A stretch of 64,000 nucleotides of DNA from Candidatus Omnitrophota bacterium (GTDB lineage: Bacteria > Omnitrophota > Gorgyraeia > Zapsychrales > Zapsychraceae), in assembly GCA_035292445.1 (NCBI GenBank), contig DATDQB010000001.1:71530-135529 (forward strand), read 5' to 3'. Shown one piece after another: positions 45,960-56,977 of this stretch. Made by a program: the position numbers and the translations under genes. The first letter of the stretch is position 1. The number at the start of each line of letters is the position of its first letter. The notes under the pieces were generated by a model, which was given only the letters and a program-made list of their open reading frames with translations, did no database searches and was not told the origin of the DNA.

Positions 45960-48900
45960 CTAAAGAGTTACGGCGAAATTCTCTTTGCCGACCAGCTCCT
46001 TGATCTCATTCATCAAGTCTTCATTGGGGGAAACATAAAGATCTTCTCCCACAAGGATTTGCACGCTTTTGTGCGTCTGGGTATCGATCTTTAAATAAAC
46101 GGGGACCTTCCCGGGAAAATGGGATAATTTCGTCTTTAAGTCTATCAATCCCTTCTCCCCCACTTTCCCTAAATCGACCTTAATGGATTTAATCGCGCTA
46201 TACACATCCCGTACGTGTTTCATCTCATTGGCGATAATCTTCGGCTCATTATCACGGTAATTCATCCGGCCGCTGATAAAAACGACTTCCCCTTCCTTAA
46301 GATATTGGGCGAGTTGCGGATAGGTTGAAGGGAAAACCACCACCTCCACATCGCCTTCCATATCAACGACTTTCAAAATAGCCATCCGTTCATTTGTTTT
46401 ACGGGTATTGGTCAATTTGACGTTCTCGATCAAACCGACAAGGCGAATCTCCTCCCCATCAATGGCCTGACTGAGGTTCTTGGTGCTCATATCCGTAAAT
46501 TCTTTGATTTCAACTTGATAATGGTCCAGCGGATGACCGCTGATATAAAAACCCAAGATCTCTTTTTCATAGGAAAGAATCTGGTTTTGGCTCCATTCTT
46601 TGATATCCGGCAGGCTTTCCGTTTGGCTCTTAAATCCTGCATCGGCCCCCGCCAAATCGAATAAAGACACCTGACCCTGGGCTTTCTCTTTTTGGGTTTT
46701 CGCCGCCAATTGAAGAGCCTTTTCCAGAACGGTCATCATCTGGGAACGAAAGGCGCGAAAACCGTCCAAGGCCCCGCATTTAATCAAGCTCTCCAAAACT
46801 TTACGGTTAACGAGGCGCAGATCGATGTGCTCACAAAGATCAAATATCGACGCATAAGACCTTTCGTTACGACCTTCAACGATAGAGTCGATCGCGGAGG
46901 AACCGATATTCTTGACCGCCAGCAATCCGTAACGGATCGTCTGCTGGTCCACGACACTAAAATGTTTAATGCTTGCATTGATATCCGGCGGCAGGATCTT
47001 GATGCCCATGGCCTCGCTTTCCTTGACGTATTCGACCAACTTATCCGTGTTGCTCATTTCACTGTTCAAAAGCGCGCACATGAACTCGACCGGATAATTG
47101 GCCTTAAGGTACGCCGTCTGGTACGTGATCATGGCGTAGGCGGCGGAATGGCTGCGGTTGAAGCCGTAGCCGGAGAAATAATCGATCAGATCAAAGAGCT
47201 TGTTGGCCTTTTTTTCATCGATCTGGCTGGTCTTAAAGCACCCGTCGATGAAATCCTGGCGCAATTTTTCCATGACGGAGGGGATCTTCTTGCTCATCGC
47301 CCGCCTTAAATGGTCCGCCTGGGTCATGGAAAATCCGGCGAGCGCGACGGGGATCTGCATGACCTGCTCCTGATAAACGATAATGCCATACGTTGCTTTG
47401 AGGATCGGCTCAAGTTTCGGATGGTCGTATTTGATATCGATCTCGCCGCGTTTACGCTTGGTAAAATCCTCCAACATCCCGCTTCCCATCGGGCCCGGCC
47501 GATACAACGCAAGGATCGAGATCAAGTCCTCGAACTCGGAAGGCTTGATCTTCTTAAGAAGCTCGCGCATTCCTGAGCTTTCCAGCTGGAAAATACCGAA
47601 ACTGTTTGCCTCCTCCAGCATCTCATATGTTTTTTTATCATCCAAAGGCAACTGGCTGACGTCGATCTTCACCCCGTGTATTTCTTTGATCTGCCGGCAG
47701 GCTTCATTGATGACGGTAAGCGTCCTTAAACCTAGGAAATCCATTTTGAGAAGACCAATCTTGGCGATCGCGTTCATCGAATAACCGGTCGTGATCTGCC
47801 CCTCGGAGGGCTTAAAAAGCGGGACATATTCCGTGAGCGGCTTATCGGAGATCACAACTCCGGCGGCGTGCGTCGAAGCGTGACGTGTCAGGCCTTCCAG
47901 GACCTGGGCCATCTCAATGATCTCCCGGGCCGTCTTGTCATCCTCGGTCAGCTTTTTAAGCTGGGGTTCTTTATCCAACGCGTCCTTTAGAGAAATGCCC
48001 AGCTCATTGGGCACCAACTTCGCGATGCGGTCCACCTCGCCGTAAGAAGCGCCCATCACGCGTCCCACGTCGCGGATGGCCGCCTTGGCCTGCAGCGTCC
48101 CGAAGGTGATGATCTGCGCGACGTTGTCCTTGCCGTATTTGTTGGTGACGTACTCAATGACCTCGGGGCGGCGCTCATAACAAAAATCGATGTCGATATC
48201 CGGCATGCCGGCGCGGTCCGGGTTCAAGAACCGCTCGAACAATAAGCCGTACTTGAGCGGGTCCAGATCCGTTATCCCCAACAGGTAACTCACCAGGCTT
48301 CCGGCCGCCGAACCGCGCCCCGGTCCGACGGGGATGCCGCGGCTCTTGGCAAAATTGATGAAATCCCAGACAATGAGGAAATAACTTTCGAAATCCATCT
48401 TATTGATCGTTTGAAGCTCGAAGGCCAAACGCTGGCGGATCTCAGGGGTGATCTTGGTAAAGCGCTTCTTCAGGCCTTCCTCGCACAGCTCCCGCAAATA
48501 ACCTTCCTTGGATTTCCCTTCGGGCGGGTTAAAACGCGGCAAGTGGATCTCATCGAATCCCAATTTTAAGTTGCACTTATCCGCCACTTCAAGGGTCGTT
48601 GCCAGCGCTTCGGGAACCCACGAAAAAAGCGCGCGCATCTCATCGGCGGATTTAAAATACAGCTGGTCCGATTGAAGCCGCATCCTTTTCTCGTCGCTGA
48701 TCATGGACTGGGTCTGGATGCACAACAGCGCATCGTGCGCTTTGGATTGCGCCTGTTGCAAATAATGCACGTCATTGGTCGCCAGTAGCGGAAGCTCGAG
48801 CGAGCGCGCGATCTTGACAAGCTCCTCATTGACCCTCTTTTGTTCGCTCAACCCGTGGTCCATCAATTCGATGTAGAAATTGTCTTTGCCGAAAATCTGG

Positions 48901-49397
48901 CGAAAATCGTCCGCCGCTTTTAACGCCGAATTAAAATTCCCTTTCAACAGATGGTTCGACACCTCGCCCCTTAAGCAGGCGGAAGAGGCAATGAGGCCCT
49001 TGGCGTATTGGGAAATGACCTGTTTATCGATGCGCGGATAATAATAGAAGCCTTCAAGGAAACCGGCGGAGGTGAGCTTCATCAAGTTGTGGTAGCCGGT
49101 TATGTCTTTGGCTAGAAGAAGAAGATGCGACACGCTGCCGCGCGAAGATGGGTTTTTATCGAAGCGCGTCCCCACCGTCTCGACATAAGCCTCACAGCCG
49201 ATAATGGGTTTGATGCCGGCTTTCACCGCGGCGCTATAAAAATCAACCGCCCCGAACATGTTGCCGTGGTCCGTCATGGCCAAGGCGGGCATATTGTTCT
49301 CTTGGGCTTTCTCTATGAGTTTTTCGATGAGGCAGGCTCCATCGAGGAGGCTGTACTGGGTGTGGACGTGCAGGTGGACGAAACTTGAATCACTCAT
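45960..49397 (-). CDS. dnaE: DNA polymerase III alpha subunit
   Basis: A PHP N-terminus (HLHVHTQYSLLDGA), a polymerase core and OB folds. Length 1145 aa. Confidence 0.95.
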   Translation of the reverse strand: MSDSSFVHLHVHTQYSLLDGACLIEKLIEKAQENNMPALAMTDHGNMFGAVDFYSAAVKAGIKPIIGCEAYVETVGTRFDKNPSSRGSVSHLLLLAKDITGYHNLMKLTSAGFLEGFYYYPRIDKQVISQYAKGLIASSACLRGEVSNHLLKGNFNSALKAADDFRQIFGKDNFYIELMDHGLSEQKRVNEELVKIARSLELPLLATNDVHYLQQAQSKAHDALLCIQTQSMISDEKRMRLQSDQLYFKSADEMRALFSWVPEALATTLEVADKCNLKLGFDEIHLPRFNPPEGKSKEGYLRELCEEGLKKRFTKITPEIRQRLAFELQTINKMDFESYFLIVWDFINFAKSRGIPVGPGRGSAAGSLVSYLLGITDLDPLKYGLLFERFLNPDRAGMPDIDIDFCYERRPEVIEYVTNKYGKDNVAQIITFGTLQAKAAIRDVGRVMGASYGEVDRIAKLVPNELGISLKDALDKEPQLKKLTEDDKTAREIIEMAQVLEGLTRHASTHAAGVVISDKPLTEYVPLFKPSEGQITTGYSMNAIAKIGLLKMDFLGLRTLTVINEACRQIKEIHGVKIDVSQLPLDDKKTYEMLEEANSFGIFQLESSGMRELLKKIKPSEFEDLISILALYRPGPMGSGMLEDFTKRKRGEIDIKYDHPKLEPILKATYGIIVYQEQVMQIPVALAGFSMTQADHLRRAMSKKIPSVMEKLRQDFIDGCFKTSQIDEKKANKLFDLIDYFSGYGFNRSHSAAYAMITYQTAYLKANYPVEFMCALLNSEMSNTDKLVEYVKESEAMGIKILPPDINASIKHFSVVDQQTIRYGLLAVKNIGSSAIDSIVEGRNERSYASIFDLCEHIDLRLVNRKVLESLIKCGALDGFRAFRSQMMTVLEKALQLAAKTQKEKAQGQVSLFDLAGADAGFKSQTESLPDIKEWSQNQILSYEKEILGFYISGHPLDHYQVEIKEFTDMSTKNLSQAIDGEEIRLVGLIENVKLTNTRKTNERMAILKVVDMEGDVEVVVFPSTYPQLAQYLKEGEVVFISGRMNYRDNEPKIIANEMKHVRDVYSAIKSIKVDLGKVGEKGLIDLKTKLSHFPGKVPVYLKIDTQTHKSVQILVGEDLYVSPNEDLMNEIKELVGKENFAVTL

Positions 49398-49445
49398 GGT
49401 TGCATTATATCAGATAAACAAAACGTAAAACAATAAAAAGGACAT

Positions 49446-49561
49446 TGGGTTATTAGGTAATTAGGTCGCAGGATATTAGGGTATGAGGATATTGGGGCAT
49501 TACACCTAATATCCCAATCTCCTAATACCCTCCTCCCTGATTTCCTGATAACCCAATAACC
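49446..49561. repeat. ~115-nt imperfect palindrome built from ATTAGG(G) motifs on the left arm and CCTAAT on the right arm
   Basis: The left arm reads tATTAGGtaATTAGGtcgcaggatATTAGGGtatgaggatATTGGGG. The right arm reads caCCTAATatCCCAATctCCTAATaCCCtcctCCCtgatttCCTGATaaCCCAATaaCC. The arms are reverse complements at roughly 75% identity. The element lies between the guaA stop and the dnaE start. Confidence 0.5.
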
Positions 49562-49568
49562 TTTATTA

Positions 49569-51326
49569 TTACTCCCACTCAATCGTCGCAGGAGGTTTGG
49601 AGCTGATATCGTAAACAACGCGGTTGACGCCGGCAACCTCATTGATGATGCGGTTCGATATGCGCCCCAGCACGTCGTAGGGCAGCTGGGCCCAATCGGC
49701 GGTCATGCCGTCGGTGCTGGTCACGGCGCGCACCGCGATCACGTTCTCGTACGTGCGCTGATCGCCCATGACACCGACCGTCTTGACCGGCACCAAAACC
49801 GCAAAGGCCTGCCAGATGTCGTTGTACAACCCGGCGCGGCGGATCTCTTCCATGACACGCTCATCCGCCTCGCGAAGGATCTCGAGGCGTTCTTTCGTGA
49901 CCTCACCGGCGATGCGCACGGCTAGGCCCGGACCGGGAAAAGGCTGGCGTTTCAAAATGGATTCGGGCAGCTCCATCTTCTTGCCGATAGCGCGCACTTC
50001 ATCTTTGAACAGTTCACGGAACGGCTCGATGAGCTTAAGCTTCATGTTCTTAGGCAGCCCCCCGACGTTGTGGTGCGTCTTGATCGTGGCGGACGGGCCA
50101 CCGATGGGGGAAGCGGATTCGATGACGTCCGGATACAGCGTCCCCTGGGCGAGAAAATTGACGTTCTTGATCTTTTTGGCTTTAGTCGTAAAGACCTTGA
50201 CGAACTCCTCCCCGATGATCTTGCGCTTCTGCTCGGGGTCCGTAATGCCCTTGAGCCGGCTCAAAAAGACCTTCTCGGCGTTGATGACCGCCAGGTTCAT
50301 GTTGAAATTGCCTTTGAACATCCGGGAGACGTTGGCGGCCTCGTTCTTGCGCAGCAGGCCGTTATCGACGAAAATGCAATAAAGCTTCTTGCCGATCGCC
50401 CGCTGCAGCAGCATGGCCGTGACGGATGAGTCAACCCCTCCGCTTAAGCCTAAGATCACTTTCTTGTCGCCGACCTCCTCCTTGACCTGTTTCATGGCGG
50501 CCGCGATAAATTTATCGACGGTCCAGCGCGGCAGGCAATTGCAGATGTGGAAAAGAAAGTTGGAAAGGATCTCATTGCCGCGTTGGGTATGGACCACTTC
50601 CGGATGGAATTGCACCGCAAAGATCTTCTTGGTGCGATTCGCGAATGCGGCCATAGGCGCGTTGAGCGTATGCGCAATGGCGACGAAACCTTTGGGCATG
50701 GTCTTGATCTGGTCGCTATGGCTCATCCAGCAGGTCAGATTCGTCGGCAGATTATTGAAAAGGTCTTTATTGCTGTCGACGAAAAGCTCGGCGCGGCCGA
50801 ATTCCCGCTCTTTGCTCGCCTCCACCTTGCCGCCGAAAATATCGCAGATAACCTGCATCCCGTAACAAATCCCCAGGACCGGAATGCCGAGCTTAAAAAT
50901 GTTTTTATCCGGAGAAGGCGACCCCCTGTCATAAACGCTCATCGGCCCGCCGGAGAGGATCAGCCCCTTGGGCTTGATCTCTTCGAGTTCCTTGACGGAA
51001 ATGTTGTACGGGACGATCTTGCTGTAGACTTTGCACTCGCGCACGCGCCGGGCAATGAGCTGCGTGTACTGGGAACCGAAATCCAAAACTAAAATGATGT
51101 CTTTTTGGCGGAACTTGCGGATGCGGATCGATTTGGCCATACGGCCAGTGACTTTTTTCAATTTCGGCAGCTTGCCGATACGCTTTTTGGGGCTGGCCCG
51201 AAAACGCGTTTTTAACCCTTTGATGCGGGAGGGAAATTTCTTCACTTTTTTCTTTTTGACAATTTTACGTCTGACTATTTTACGGGCGGGTTTCTTCTTT
51301 GCTGCTTTTCTTGTCTTTTTTGCCAT
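49569..51326 (-). CDS. guaA: GMP synthase (glutamine-hydrolysing) with a 62-aa Lys/Arg-rich N-terminal extension
   Basis: A GATase-1 domain ([20 protein letters not shown]), a PP-loop (SGGVDSSV) and a dimerisation domain. Upstream of the conserved start (ATG 51140) the frame stays open for 62 codons that are 50% K/R. AGGA lies 8 nt before the ATG at 51326, and the guaB stop is 31 nt further upstream. Confidence 0.9.
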   Translation of the reverse strand: MAKKTRKAAKKKPARKIVRRKIVKKKKVKKFPSRIKGLKTRFRASPKKRIGKLPKLKKVTGRMAKSIRIRKFRQKDIILVLDFGSQYTQLIARRVRECKVYSKIVPYNISVKELEEIKPKGLILSGGPMSVYDRGSPSPDKNIFKLGIPVLGICYGMQVICDIFGGKVEASKEREFGRAELFVDSNKDLFNNLPTNLTCWMSHSDQIKTMPKGFVAIAHTLNAPMAAFANRTKKIFAVQFHPEVVHTQRGNEILSNFLFHICNCLPRWTVDKFIAAAMKQVKEEVGDKKVILGLSGGVDSSVTAMLLQRAIGKKLYCIFVDNGLLRKNEAANVSRMFKGNFNMNLAVINAEKVFLSRLKGITDPEQKRKIIGEEFVKVFTTKAKKIKNVNFLAQGTLYPDVIESASPIGGPSATIKTHHNVGGLPKNMKLKLIEPFRELFKDEVRAIGKKMELPESILKRQPFPGPGLAVRIAGEVTKERLEILREADERVMEEIRRAGLYNDIWQAFAVLVPVKTVGVMGDQRTYENVIAVRAVTSTDGMTADWAQLPYDVLGRISNRIINEVAGVNRVVYDISSKPPATIEWE

Positions 51327-51357
51327 AGACCGATCCTGTCATCTTAAATGATTGAAC

Positions 51358-52518
51358 TTATTTGCCCATGCCGACCCGCTGGCCGACCTGAAAGACTTTT
51401 CCTTCGGTCTGGATGGACGGGGCAATGATGATTTCAACATCATGCATTTCTTTAATATTGGAAGCGCCCAGCGAGCCCATCGATGTCTTGAGCGCTCCGA
51501 TCAAATTTTGTGAGCCGTCATCCACCTTGGCCGGCCCCGCAAGAATTTCTTTGAGCGAGCCGGTCGTGCCGACCCAGACGCGCGTTCCCCGCGGCAAATT
51601 CGCATGGGACGTGGCCATGCCCCAGTGATACCCGCCGCCCGGCGCTTCTTTGGCGCGGGCAAAAGCGCTTCCGACCATGCAGGCGTCAGCTCCCGCAGCG
51701 ATCGCCTTACAAATTTCTCCCCCTAACCTCATGCCGCCGTCAGTAATAATGGGGCGGTATTGGCCGGTACGCTTATAATAATGGTCTCTCGCCGCCGCGC
51801 AATCGACCGTTGAGGTGATCTGCGGGACACCGATACCCAAAACCCCGCGTGTCGTGCACGCAGCCCCAGGCCCGATGCCTACCAGCAATCCGGCCGCGCC
51901 AGCTTCAAGAAGCTCTAAAGCGACCTCATAACCGACGCAGTTCCCGAGGATGATGGGCATTTTGGATTGTTTGACGAGCTTAGCCAGATCAATGACTTTA
52001 TATTGGGTGGCAATATGCTTGACGGTCGCGACTGTCGATTGGATGATAAAAATATCGCAGCCCGCTTCCTTCGCGATCGCCGAATATTTCGGGGCATTTT
52101 GAGGGATACAGCTGACAACGGCCGAAACTTTCTTTGATTTGATCTCCCGTATGCGCTTGGTGATCAATTTCTCTTTGACCGGCTTTAAATAAATGGATTG
52201 AACTAATTTTGTCGCGTCTTCCGGACTTGCTTTGGCGATCTGGTCGAGGACCTTGGAAGGGTTATCGTAACGGGTCTGGACACCGTCTAGGTTAAGGACC
52301 GCGATAGCGCCCATTTTACCCATCGTCACGGCAAAATCAACGTCCACCACGCCATCCATGGCGGCCGCCAGAATCGGAACTTGGAATGTCCGGCCCGCTA
52401 TTTTCCAGCTGATATCGACTTCATTAGGATTAACGGTAAGAGTGCTGGGAGCAAGCGCGACTTCATCGAAGCCGTAACAACGCCTTGCGCGCCGTCCGAT
52501 TCCAATCCATTCTGCCAT
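51358..52518 (-). CDS. IMP dehydrogenase-family protein lacking the CBS subdomain (GuaB3-like)
   Basis: A TIM-barrel with the active-site loop GIGPGAACTTRGVLGIGVPQITS. Length 386 aa with no CBS pair inserted. It is co-operonic with guaA. Confidence 0.8.
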   Translation of the reverse strand: MAEWIGIGRRARRCYGFDEVALAPSTLTVNPNEVDISWKIAGRTFQVPILAAAMDGVVDVDFAVTMGKMGAIAVLNLDGVQTRYDNPSKVLDQIAKASPEDATKLVQSIYLKPVKEKLITKRIREIKSKKVSAVVSCIPQNAPKYSAIAKEAGCDIFIIQSTVATVKHIATQYKVIDLAKLVKQSKMPIILGNCVGYEVALELLEAGAAGLLVGIGPGAACTTRGVLGIGVPQITSTVDCAAARDHYYKRTGQYRPIITDGGMRLGGEICKAIAAGADACMVGSAFARAKEAPGGGYHWGMATSHANLPRGTRVWVGTTGSLKEILAGPAKVDDGSQNLIGALKTSMGSLGASNIKEMHDVEIIIAPSIQTEGKVFQVGQRVGMGK

Positions 52519-52589
52519 AATGCCTCCAAAATCTGAAGTAGGTTAGTAGGTAGGTTGTTACCGATTTTATGGCCTGTAATTAGAGATAT

Positions 52590-52618
52590 AATATAGTGAT
52601 TTTAATATTAAATGTCAA
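52590..52618 (-). promoter_or_regulatory. Sigma-70-type promoter for the guaB-like/guaA operon: TTGACA-N17-TATATT
   Basis: On the minus strand, TTGACA (52613-52618) and TATATT (52590-52595) are separated by 17 nt. The leader contains ACCTA repeats, and GGAGG lies 5 nt before the ATG. Confidence 0.45.
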
Positions 52619-52622
52619 TATT

Positions 52623-52658
52623 AAAAAAGGGGACAGATGCCTTTAGGTATCTGTCCCC
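52623..52658 (-). terminator. Rho-independent terminator of groEL
   Basis: A perfect 10-bp stem (GGGGACAGAT / ATCTGTCCCC) with a 10-nt loop is followed by a U6 run on the minus strand. It lies 75 nt downstream of the groEL stop. Confidence 0.7.
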
Positions 52659-52732
52659 AAATTCTCTATGGAACGGTTTTCCGCCAGAGGCGGACCCGCC
52701 TTTGGCGGGGAAACCATTCTTTCAAAACACTC

Positions 52733-54382
<1,650 letters not shown>

Positions 54383-54412
54383 TTAATTAATTTTCAAAAT
54401 TTTTAAACGCCG

Positions 54413-54709
54413 TTACTTTTTGGATTTTACGATCGCCAGCACATCTTCTTCTTTTATGACCAGCACTTCCTCTCCGTCCACCTTAAATTCCGTACCGCTG
54501 TATTTACCGTACAAAATGCGGTCCCCGACTTTCACTTCCAATGCGTGCACTTTCCCTTCATCGGAAACTTTCCCCTTACCCACAGCGAGGACTTCGCCTT
54601 CCTGGGGTTTCTCTTTGGCTGTGTCAGGCAAGACGATACCGCCTTTGGTGATTTCCTCGGCCTCTAGCTGCTTGACAATGATCCGATCGCCTAATGGTTG
54701 AAGTTTCAT
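54413..54709 (-). CDS. groS: Co-chaperonin GroES
   Basis: [14 protein letters not shown]...[22 protein letters not shown]. Confidence 0.95.
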   Translation of the reverse strand: MKLQPLGDRIIVKQLEAEEITKGGIVLPDTAKEKPQEGEVLAVGKGKVSDEGKVHALEVKVGDRILYGKYSGTEFKVDGEEVLVIKEEDVLAIVKSKK

Positions 54710-54763
54710 TTTTATGACCTCCCTTAAAATTTGTTAGATTATGGTGTGTAAAAAAATTCTAAT

Positions 54764-54790
54764 TTAGCAATGTTCTTCTAAGAGTGCTAA
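54764..54790. promoter_or_regulatory. CIRCE element (HrcA operator) upstream of groES
   Basis: TTAGCAATG-N9-GAGTGCTAA fits the consensus TTAGCACTC-N9-GAGTGCTAA. The right arm is perfect and the left arm matches 7 of 9. Confidence 0.75.
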
Positions 54791-54816
54791 TTTAACAAAA
54801 ATTTATTTTTTGTCAA
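54789..54816 (-). promoter_or_regulatory. Sigma-70-type promoter for groES-groEL overlapping CIRCE: TTGACA-N16-TAAATT
   Basis: On the minus strand, TTGACA (54811-54816) and TAAATT (54789-54794) flank the CIRCE element, in the classic HrcA-controlled arrangement. Confidence 0.5.
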
Positions 54817-54862
54817 GAAAATTTTTTAACCAGAGGATTTCTGAAAAGAAGGCTGTGGAAAA

Positions 54863-56215
54863 TCAGGAATTGTTTTCCGGTGAGAGGTTTTTGACATCCC
54901 ACAAATACTTTTTCGTTTCTTCGACGATCACGCGGTTTAAAACGATCAACGAAATCAAATTGGGAATGGCCATGAGCGCGTTGGCGATGTCGGCAAATGA
55001 CCAAACAGCCGGCAGTGATATAACGGAACCTGCCATGACCGCCCCCACCCACGCCCAGCGGTAAGGCTTAACGATTTTCGTCCCCCACAGATATTCGGCC
55101 GCCTTCTCTCCGTAATACGACCAGCCGATGATGGTGGCGAACACAAATGTTAAAAGCCCGACAGTTAGGATCAAGGGCCCGATGACGGGAAATTCTTCGA
55201 ACGCCGCTTTGGATAAAGAAGCGCCGTTTAAGCCTAGCGTCCATTTTCCTGAATTCACAAAAACCAATCCCGTGAGCGCGCACATAACGACCGTATCCCA
55301 AAACGTTCCCGAAGCCGAAACAAGCGCCTGGCGCACCGGATTCTTGGTCTGCGCCGCGGCCGCGACGATCGGGCCGCTGCCCATCCCAGATTCATTGGAG
55401 AAAAGTCCGCGGGCAACGCCGAAACGCATGGCCTCTTTCATGCCCGCGCCTAAAAATCCTCCCACGGCCGCTTGGCCGGTGAAAGCGCTCTGCACGATCA
55501 GAGCGAGCGTCTCCGGGATCGTCTCAAATTTCATGGCCAACAAAATCAGGCAACCAACGATATTAAAGACCGCCATGAATGGGACCAATTTTTCGCAGGT
55601 ACCGGCAATGGTTTTGATGCCTCCTAAAATGACGAAGGCCGTCAACGCCGTCACCACCACCCCCGTTATCCAAGGAGCGATATTGAATGTTTCCTTGACC
55701 ATGACCGCGACCGAATTCGCCTGGACCATATTGCCGATGCCAAAAGCGGCAAAGGCGGTAAAAAAAGCAAAGGCCATGGCCAACCATTTGTTGTTCATCC
55801 CCCGCTCAAGGACATACATCGGCCCGCCGGCCATCATGCCGTTAGGAAGGGTCACTCGATATTTGACGGAAAGCACGGCCTCGGCATATTTGGTGGCGAT
55901 GCCGAAAACCCCGGTCAGCCACAGCCAAAAGACCGCGCCGGGCCCGCCTGAAGCAATGGCCGTTGCCACACCAACGATGTTTCCGGTCCCGATGGTGGCG
56001 GCCAACGCGGTCGTGAGCGCGGCGAATTGGCTGACGTCCCCTTCGCCTTCTTTGGTGCGCTTAAAGGAAATCTTGATCGCCTGGATCATGTACCGCTGGA
56101 TAAACTTAAGCTGGAACGAAAGGAAAATATGGGTGCCGAAAAGAAGGATCAGCATCGGCGGGCCCCACACAACGCCGGAGATATCGGAAAGAATATACTC
56201 GAGGTTAGACAACAT
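54863..56215 (-). CDS. agcS: Alanine/glycine:cation symporter (AGCS family)
   Basis: Multi-TM with N-terminus MLSNLEYILSDISGVVWGPPMLILLFGTHIFLS and an AGCS-like core. Confidence 0.8.
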   Translation of the reverse strand: MLSNLEYILSDISGVVWGPPMLILLFGTHIFLSFQLKFIQRYMIQAIKISFKRTKEGEGDVSQFAALTTALAATIGTGNIVGVATAIASGGPGAVFWLWLTGVFGIATKYAEAVLSVKYRVTLPNGMMAGGPMYVLERGMNNKWLAMAFAFFTAFAAFGIGNMVQANSVAVMVKETFNIAPWITGVVVTALTAFVILGGIKTIAGTCEKLVPFMAVFNIVGCLILLAMKFETIPETLALIVQSAFTGQAAVGGFLGAGMKEAMRFGVARGLFSNESGMGSGPIVAAAAQTKNPVRQALVSASGTFWDTVVMCALTGLVFVNSGKWTLGLNGASLSKAAFEEFPVIGPLILTVGLLTFVFATIIGWSYYGEKAAEYLWGTKIVKPYRWAWVGAVMAGSVISLPAVWSFADIANALMAIPNLISLIVLNRVIVEETKKYLWDVKNLSPENNS

Positions 56216-56227
56216 AAATATTGATCG

Positions 56228-56974
56228 TTATTCGATGAGCAATAACAAGGCCATGACCGCGATGCCGCCAAGAATGCTCGCCAACTGCCCAAAAGAAGCA
56301 GCTAGCCGGACATCATGCCGGTGCAGTTCCGGGATAAGGTCAGAGCCCGCGATATATAAAAACCCTCCCGCGGTGACCGGCAGGACATACACCGACAGGT
56401 TTTCGATCTGCGGGCCAACGATAAAAACCAAAAAAGCCCCGACGAACGCCGCCAACGCCGAAATAAAATTGCACCAAAGGGCCTTTCGAATGGAAAACCC
56501 GCTGTGAACTAAGACGCCGAAGTCGCCGATCTCCTGGGGGATCTCGTGAAAAATAACGGCCAATGTCGTCGCAAAGCCGATGGTGGGGCTCACCATAAAA
56601 CTGGAGGCAATGATCATGCCGTCCAGCATGTTATGGACGCCATCACCGATCAAGTTCAAGGTTGCCACCGGATGCTCGTGGTCATGGGAAGTGAGTACAT
56701 GGCAGTGCTGCCAGCGCAGGAATTTCTCCAGTATAAAAAACAAGATAATCCCTAATAAAATCAAAAATGAAGTCGTTGGATTGAATCCGATCTCCTCGAA
56801 GGTTTCCGGCAGCAGATGAAGAAATGCATCCCCAAAAAGCGCCCCCACCGCGAAACTGACCATATATAAAAGAAATTTATTCAGGCGTTCGGGCTTGAGA
56901 GATAGGGTAAAGACGCCGACCAAAGAAATGAGGCCGACCGCCGTGAGCGCGAGGAACGTATAAAGTGCGGGCAT
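56228..56974 (-). CDS. zupT: ZIP-family zinc/metal transporter
   Basis: HEIPQEIGDFGVLVHSGFS is present together with His-rich motifs. Confidence 0.85.
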   Translation of the reverse strand: MPALYTFLALTAVGLISLVGVFTLSLKPERLNKFLLYMVSFAVGALFGDAFLHLLPETFEEIGFNPTTSFLILLGIILFFILEKFLRWQHCHVLTSHDHEHPVATLNLIGDGVHNMLDGMIIASSFMVSPTIGFATTLAVIFHEIPQEIGDFGVLVHSGFSIRKALWCNFISALAAFVGAFLVFIVGPQIENLSVYVLPVTAGGFLYIAGSDLIPELHRHDVRLAASFGQLASILGGIAVMALLLLIE

Positions 56975-56977
56975 GCC

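Noticed and set aside
46692-47309. 205-aa plus-strand ORF inside dnaE
   Set aside because: It is antisense to a highly conserved polymerase core, with no motif and no start context. It is a shadow ORF.
52681-52715. Two small tandem GC hairpins (CCGCCAGAGGCGG and CCCGCCTTTGGCGGG) right after the groEL stop, considered as a REP-like element
   Set aside because: They are only 5-6 bp stems, in a single copy in the window. The strong terminator at 52623-52658 accounts for transcript termination, so there is insufficient evidence for a repeat family.
55128-56507. 459-aa plus-strand ORF
   Set aside because: It is antisense to agcS and zupT and spans both. Its translation is Pro/Ala/Thr-rich low-complexity, typical of the reverse strand of membrane-protein genes. 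Both minus-strand genes have clear family motifs.
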